Assembly: GCA_001687465.1 (NCBI GenBank) | Contig: LVLI01000192.1 | Coordinates: 62,001-100,158, forward strand | Source: Halocafeteria seosinensis | Taxonomy: Eukaryota | Length of the DNA stretch: 38,158 nt | Reading direction: 5' to 3' | Shown here: piece after piece, positions 31,850 through 38,158 of the stretch | Numbering within the stretch: the first letter of the stretch is position 1 | How the letters are laid out: every line of letters begins with the position of its first letter | Position numbers and translations under genes: made by a program | Notes under the pieces: model-generated | Told to the model about the DNA's origin: nothing | The model's database searches: none | The model's input: the letters and a program-made list of their open reading frames with translations, nothing else

Positions 31850-33906
31850 ATGGCGCTGTCGATGTCAATGGATGGGACGAGAGAATCCTCAACCCCCAAC
31901 AACGGGGGATATATGACCAACGCGTTCGGCAACGGTGATATCAATAATTATGTGAAACGCGAAAAAGGAACACAAAACAGACGGAAAGGAAAGCCGGGAC
32001 GTCCAAGGAAGGAGAATCGCCGCGCACCGGCTGACTCCACGGAATCCAGCAAACCTGAGCCTGTGCGCAGAAGCAAAAGAGCAAGGCAAAAAGCTGAGAC
32101 TACTTACGATACTCTGGCGTCCGATGCGGAAGCTGAGGAACTCAAGATTGCATTGGAGCTGTCAAAGAAACAAAAAGTACGTTTTATCAGTGGAATGAAC
32201 TCCAGTGTTCGGAGAACATAACCTCAATTTCTCGTCTATCGCAGAAGCGTCCTTCGTATGCCAACATGCCTTATGCCCCCACATATTATCCCACAAAAGA
32301 AGAGTTTTCGGAACCACTTAAGTATATTGCCAAAGTAAAGAAGGAAGCAGAGGCATTTGGTATTTGCAAAATTGTACCTCCCGAGGGATGGTCTCCTCCT
32401 TGCGGTCTCGCCGCTGATATATGCTCTAGGAAGTTCCCCACCCGCCTACAGAAGCTCTACAAGCTTCAAGAAGGGGCACCTTTCCCTGATGGGAAGAATT
32501 ACACGTTGCCGGAGTACAAGGAAATGGCCGAGGCATTCAAGCAGCAATTTCCTCACTTAATTTCCAGTAAAGAGAACGTCGACAAAGCAAAGCAGGTTCT
32601 CAGAGAACGAGAAGTACCAGAGTGTGAGATTGAGGGTATGTCTGACGAACATATATTGGCCCTTGCAGTAGAAAGGGAGTATTGGAACATTGTTGAATCC
32701 CCGAAAGAAGTCTCAGTTGAGTACGGAAACGATCAAGACACACAGGACTTTGGTAGCGGCTTCTTGAAGAGACCAGAAGTGGAAGAATACCAAGCGCAGA
32801 GCGTTGGCACGAAAAGAGATAGATATGCGAGAAATAAAGCTATGGAAGATGTTGAATATTCGGTTGCAGGAAATGAGGACAGGAATGCTAAGTGCCGGAA
32901 TCCCCTTGCAGACGGTCTAACAGAGCGCGTTAATATTGAATTTGATAATCCAGAATTTTACAGACGAACTGGATGGAATTTGAACAATTTGCCTCACTTA
33001 GAGGGTTCACTGCTACGGTACATAAGCGATGGTGTGAATGGTGTCAATGTTCCGTGGTTGTACTTAGGGATGATGTTTGCAACGTTCGCCTGGCATGTTG
33101 AGGATAATTTCTTATATTCTATCAACTATTTACACTTTGGATCTTCGAAGCAGTGGTACGGGGTACCATCGTCATACGCTGACAAATTCGAGAGCGTCTT
33201 TAAGACTAATTTATACAAGCAGTTCAAAGTCTATCCGGACTTGCTAACTTATCTAACAGTAGTGCTTCCTCCAGCCGTCCTGATGCAAGAGGATGTTCCA
33301 GTATACCGTGCAATACAAAACGAAGGAGAGTTTATATTGACGTTTCCAAGAGCGTATCATTCGGGATTCAGCCACGGATTTAACGTTGGTGAGGCTTGCA
33401 ATTTTGCGCTGCCGGATTGGATTCCATGGGGCCGACAAGCCGTGGAAAGCTATCATAAGGCAAAGACTCCTCGAAGCTCGGTGTTCTCTCACGAAAAGCT
33501 CTTAGTGGAACTTGCGAAGTGTTGCGAAGATTTCTCGCCCGGTGACTGTCAATACATTGCTCGTGAGCTGAAACAAATTGTTTACAACGAATCCATGCTA
33601 CGTCAACGACTTCTTGAGGACGGCTTTGACGAAACTGCAAGATTTTATGTAAAAAACGATGCTGATAAGAGGATGGACTGCTTGAGATGCAAGGCACCTT
33701 GCTACCTCTCCGCAGTTATGTGCCGCACATGTGGAACTGATGTGATGGCATGTGTCCGGCACGCTCGGAGCCTCTGCTCCTGTTCGCCGGGTGGTGACGG
33801 CAAGATCCTCCTGTATTGGCATAAGATTGATGACCTGCAGTCCTTACTGGCAAGAGTTGAAAAAAGGGCGTTCGCAAGCGTTCAGCAACATGCTGCATAC
33901 AAATAG
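31850..33906 (+). CDS. KDM5: KDM5/JARID1-type JmjC histone demethylase (AT-hook, UIM, JmjN, JmjC, C5HC2 zinc finger; ~662 aa, 2 exons)
   Basis: Exons 31850-32176 and 32245-33906 (68-nt intron). JmjN APTYYPTKEEFSEPLKYI..FGICKIVPP; EYGND; JmjC WNLNNLP..VPWLYLGM.F..WHVED..YSINYLH..KQWY..FPRAYHSGF; C5HC2 CLRCKAPCYLSAVMC..C..CVRH..LCSC. Confidence 0.9.
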
Positions 33907-34164
33907 TTGGTATTGTGGCAATTTAATAAGACAATACAATTCCGAAAATAGCCTGCTTCGATTCACGTAGACTAACTACCGGTAGTACGTTGTTCCCGGG
34001 AAAGAAAATACCGGCGATGAGCGTACAATGTGTCAGATACTACAACTTGAATTGCAGCAACAATCCCACAACTGCCACGCGAAATACGGCATGTATGAAG
34101 GAACAAGAGTTGTAACGTCTCAGTACCGTGTATTTAGAGTATTTACCTACAGTAGACACTACAG

Positions 34165-35500
34165 TTACAATTCGTCCTCGAGTCCGTCTTCTTCATTGAT
34201 GTCTCTCTTAACAACAAGCAAAATCTTCGTCTCCAAATCACTCAGTTTCGCTATTCGATCGTGTTCATGAATTGCTGTGACAAACGACTGAACGTCCTTG
34301 TCGTTGACGGCTGTCAGTAAGGTCTGGCACAGTTTCCCCTCTCGAGACTCTCCAAAATTGGGATCTTGTTCGGTTGAACTATCTAACAACCGTTGGGCTG
34401 CAACAGCATCCCCAGATGCCAGCGAACAGATTATCGCCGAGAAAAAGTATTTCTTCGCGTTGAATCTGAGGAGGTTCTCCTCCAAGCATATGTCCCCACA
34501 CTCCTGGAAGGCCTGGGTTGCCTCCATGAATCTGCACGGTAACCAACGCCATAATGTGTGTCACACGAAGGGCGAATAGTCAACGAATACCCCTAACTGC
34601 CTCTGCTTACCCTTCACGGTCCACATCTGTCGCTGCCTTTTGCGCGAGAAGTTCAGCCAGTCTTGCTTTGGCTCTCCTTTGCCCAGAAGAGCCCTCCTGC
34701 AGGCATTCACGACAGAGTACTTCTAAGGGTTAAGCTGAGCATTTCATGTACACATTCCATACGTACTTCGTTTTCGTAAACATCTGAAGCTTTCTGCAGA
34801 GCTTCTATAGCCTTGCCTGTTTGACCCTCTTTGTGGAACGCTTCCGCAAGTTTCTCATATATCTGCGCCACAAGACAGGCCGTGGAGAAGAGTCATCAGT
34901 ACCAACTCAAGACAGCGAAACAGCATACTTTGCCAATGTTGGTAATTTTACCGTCTTCCTTCAAAACAGGTATAACGTGTTCCTCGTATGTAGCTTGTGC
35001 ATCTGCTAGCAAGATAAAGCCAACCCTTTACTCGTTGAAGGACAGCATTTCCAAGCGCCCTCTTGCACCTACCATCGAGGTTCATCAATTTCATTTGACA
35101 TTCAGCGACTTTCTGTTGCACTGTCGAGACTTGCTTCTCGTCCCTGGCTTTTCCCTGTCCAATGGAAAACAGAAATAATACACGTGAAGCCTCAAGAAGA
35201 GAGCAGCAACAGGTTCAATCCCCTTACCCAGTTTTCTACCGCTTTCTGGAAGGCATACAGCGCTTGTTCATCTGCAGATACGATGTATATACACGTCTCA
35301 ATGAGTGTTATCAGGGATAGGGTGAGTGATGCACCCCGAAAAGGTGATGGAAAGGAGGGCTTACAGTCGTTCTCGGATCGGAAGGTATTTCCGGCTCTTT
35401 CGTAGAGTTCAGCCGCATTTTCATACTTTTCCTGCCGCCCAAAGAGGGAGAATCGACTCTCCTCTTTCTTCGCCTGTTCCATGGCTCGTGCAGCAGCCAT
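34165..35500 (-). CDS. SEC17: Alpha-SNAP / Sec17 (soluble NSF attachment protein), paralogue 1, 294 aa, 7 exons
   Basis: Exons 35500-35365, 35271-35228, 35154-35073, 35002-34929, 34862-34767, 34696-34611 and 34531-34165 total 885 nt. Motifs FSLFG..KYENAAELYERAGNTF, NLLRFNAKKYFFSAIIC.LA.GD and DPNFGESREGKL, with an acidic tail ending LEDEL. Confidence 0.88.
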
Positions 35501-35864
35501 GATATCTCGAATATAGAGTCCTAGTTATGGGGCTTTAATTACCAACCAATGACAACTGTGTGAGGGATATGTTGGTGCTGTTTCAATAAGGTATAACTTA
35601 AAAGCATCAATTGTTGATGATCAATTGTTGCTAAGACACAACTTCAAGAAAAAATAAACAAAAGGAAAACCAACAACTCGGGAGTTTGGATATCTGGTAA
35701 CTTCCACTCCTAGCCAGCGGAATCCGTCCCGGATCACGACCCCAAACGTATGCGAGCTCTTGGAGTAAGAGTTTCATTATCTCCCGCTACTCGATACTAC
35801 TGGATGTGGCACTAAGCAAAACTTGGGGGAAAGCTAGACAGAGAAATTGTTAAAGAGTCGGGAC

Positions 35865-37294
35865 TCAAAGCAGGCTGTCCAACCCCTCCTCTTCTGTGCC
35901 TCCGCTCCCCTCCTGTCGCTCTGTCAGCTCATGCTGTCGTTGAACGTCTTCTTCTGTGCCTCCGGTCTCGTCTCCTATATCACGCTTGACGCAAAGCAGT
36001 ATCTTCATTTCAAGTTCCCCTAATCTAGCCACCTCATCATACTCTTTGAGTGCTTCCACGAATTTCTCTTGATCTTTTTCCTCGGCAGCGCTAACGACAT
36101 CATTGCACAGAGAACCCTCCCTCGAGCGTTCAAAGCTGGGATCGTCCTTATTAGCGCTATCCACCAGGCGTCTCGCCACAACTAAGTCTCCACAAGCGAG
36201 AGCACAATAAATGGCAGACACGAAATATTTCTTTGCGTTGAACCTGGAGAGGCTCTCGGACAAACATATGTTCCCACAGTCCCTATAATGCTCCATGGCT
36301 CGTTGGAATCTGGACACTCCTTCGGAAACTCGGTGACAACAATACCAAAAAAATTTACTATTTCACCTACTTGTCTTGATCATTCTTGTCAGTGGCTTCG
36401 CGTGCGTATACTTCCGCTAATTTATGCTTTGCATTTCGCTTATTCACCGAGTCTTCCTGTAGGCAGAGCGATTCTTCGTCGAAGAAGGGACACTGCAGTC
36501 ATCCGTAAATTACGAACCTGAATCGAATATCTACTTATAGCATTGTCAAAGAATCCAATTGCCTTTTCTATATCTCTCTTGTCTGTCTCCTTTATTCTCG
36601 CCTCGGCCAATTGTTCGTATAGCTGTACACGGTACAACCATAGCTATCACTGCTGTCAGGATGAACTCTCCCACACAGTGTGCCCTACTTACTTTTCCAA
36701 TAGTAACATGTCGCTTTTCTTGATCAAGTGCAGGCATAACGTAGCTTTCATATGTTTCTTCGGCATCTGCACGATGATGCTACATGAATAATGAATCCTA
36801 GGGACGTGGAGAATTACGAACCATACATACTTCCTAAGTCTCCGCTACTGATATAAGTGGCCGCTATCTTCTGTTGGAGATGCAATATCTGGTCTGTGTC
36901 GTTGTTCTTTCCCTGCAACACAATTAAATATCCGAAGAGAGTCTGCTTAAAACAGCTCGACATAGGCAGAACTAAATATCCGAAGAACCGCACCAGTTGC
37001 TTGATGGCTTGCTCGAACGATCTAATAGCTTCATAATCTGCAAGGTATGGGAAATAGAGACGACAAACACCAACGAGAGTGATCAAGCAAAATTTAAACA
37101 GTGACCTGTCATGATATTGAGCCACAATGAACCTTACAACCACTTGGTGAGCCTTGCAAGCGATAGGCATCGCCAGCCTGCTCGAAAAGATCTGCTGCTC
37201 GTTGGTGCTTTTTACTTTTGCCAAAAACAACAAATTTGTCTGCCTCTTGCTGAGCATTCTGAAAAATCTCTTCTGCAGAGGTTTCACCGCTCAT
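35865..37294 (-). CDS. Alpha-SNAP / Sec17 paralogue 2, 330 aa, 7 exons
   Basis: Exons 37294-37138, 37037-36994, 36912-36831, 36766-36693, 36622-36518, 36456-36371 and 36309-35865 total 993 nt. Motifs AADLFEQAGDAYR, SLSRFNAKKYFVSAIYCALACGD and DPSFERSREG. Intron phases match paralogue 1. Confidence 0.85.
36925..36986. repeat. 14-bp direct repeat TAAATATCCGAAGA inside intron 2 of SNAP paralogue 2
   Basis: Identical copies at 36925-36938 and 36973-36986 within the 81-nt intron 36913-36993. Confidence 0.8.
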
Positions 37295-37748
37295 CTTGGG
37301 AGAAGGGAAGCTATATGCCCTTATATATGCTGTACACGGCTCGAAATCGCGTTACTTCACAGGTCTCCGGACGCCGTACGGGGCTGTACACATGTAAACA
37401 AGAACAGAAGGAAGAAAAATTATTGGGCAATTCGAAAGTACACTAATGAAGAATGATCAAATCGATGAAAGGTAGGCCTAAGGTCTTGAACGTATACTCT
37501 TGGAGCAGAGCTGGGATATTTCCTTTTCCGCACTTTGCCCCCGATGTTTTGCGGGGGCGCACCACCGGAAAAAGCGCCTGTGCCCCCGATATTTCGAAAT
37601 TTGCCAGTTTTGTGAAGGAAGAATGTGAACCCATTATTAAGCATATTAAAGTGGAATTAAAGAACATTCAAGCATATCAAATTGCATTATCATCGTTAAT
37701 CTTTCTTTCTGTATGGTTTTCTTACCCTTAATCTCTGATAAGGACACA

Positions 37749-38147
37749 ATGGACAGCCGTGAACGTACCGAGACCGCCACTCAACCCGAAGTGGACATTC
37801 AAACTCAGGGCGATAACATACAAACTGATGAAAATATTGTTTTCCTCGATGCATCATCCAGTACAGTATTGTATACTATATATGTACGTACTAATGGTGT
37901 TCTACGAAATGGGATCTATATTCACGTATTCAGGCCTCTTCTTCTTTTCCCCGACCCGGCTGGTGCACTGTGGGTTCGCAACAGCACGCTGCCTGCCCAT
38001 CTCGAGAAGGTAAAAGAGCTGAAAGTGAAATTCCCATGGATTTATGTAAATAGACAATCACAGGAATCCCTGTGGCGTCAAATTAAAAGTCACTTGTCAA
38101 GGGATCTAAACACTTTAAGCTGGCTACGGCAAGGTTGGCGTCACTGA
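37749..38147 (+). CDS. Hypothetical protein (132 aa) or first exon(s) of a gene running out of the window
   Basis: ATG 37749 opens a frame to TGA 38147, divergent from SNAP paralogue 2. A GTACGT donor-like site is at 37884. No recognised domain. Confidence 0.3.
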   Translation: MDSRERTETATQPEVDIQTQGDNIQTDENIVFLDASSSTVLYTIYVRTNGVLRNGIYIHVFRPLLLFPDPAGALWVRNSTLPAHLEKVKELKVKFPWIYVNRQSQESLWRQIKSHLSRDLNTLSWLRQGWRH

Positions 38148-38158
38148 TGGAACAATGA

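Noticed and set aside
34165..34182. ER-retrieval signal (EDEL) on SNAP paralogue 1
   Set aside because: There is no signal peptide, and acidic Leu-ending tails are normal for cytosolic alpha-SNAP.
6187..37294. Introner elements or non-canonical introns
   Set aside because: All 29 traced introns are GT-AG, and I saw no shared sequence or terminal inverted repeats among them.
2..37294. Functional membrane-trafficking cluster (VPS15, WW-PH, SNAPs)
   Set aside because: The genes are interspersed with unrelated ones on mixed strands; no sign of co-regulation.
103..37731. Numerous 60-150 aa antisense or out-of-frame ORFs in the track
   Set aside because: They are shadows of real coding exons, often with non-ATG starts, and have no recognisable motifs.
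1..38158. Alternative genetic code or stop codons created by polyadenylation
   Set aside because: Conserved genes end at expected positions with genomic TAA, TAG and TGA, and all breaks in them are explained by GT-AG introns.

Overview
Gene-dense eukaryotic nuclear DNA (roughly 47% GC by eye) from a flagellated protist; a stramenopile is plausible but is only an inference. It uses the standard genetic code and short canonical GT-AG introns (61-108 nt; 29 traced by hand). In order, the window holds: the 3' part of a very long VPS15/PIK3R4 gene; a multi-WW + PH adaptor; the mitochondrial calcium uniporter MCU; a ~1477-aa degenerate EF-hand-like/WW protein whose CDS end overlaps a convergent low-complexity gene by 17 nt; an intronless HtrL/YibB-like type II membrane protein between decayed ORFs; a membrane-anchored long-chain acyl-CoA-synthetase homologue that has lost its P-loop and catalytic lysine; CFAP206; RNA Pol III subunit RPC31; a gene-poor stretch with a strand-biased TTGAA cluster; a compact KDM5-type demethylase with an AT-hook and a UIM; and two tandem alpha-SNAP paralogues with six shared intron positions. 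I found no tRNA, rRNA, CRISPR array or intact mobile element. The best leads are the acyl-CoA-synthetase pseudoenzyme, the UIM/AT-hook KDM5 and its upstream TTGAA cluster, and the overlapping convergent CDS pair. All calls come from reading the sequence without tools.
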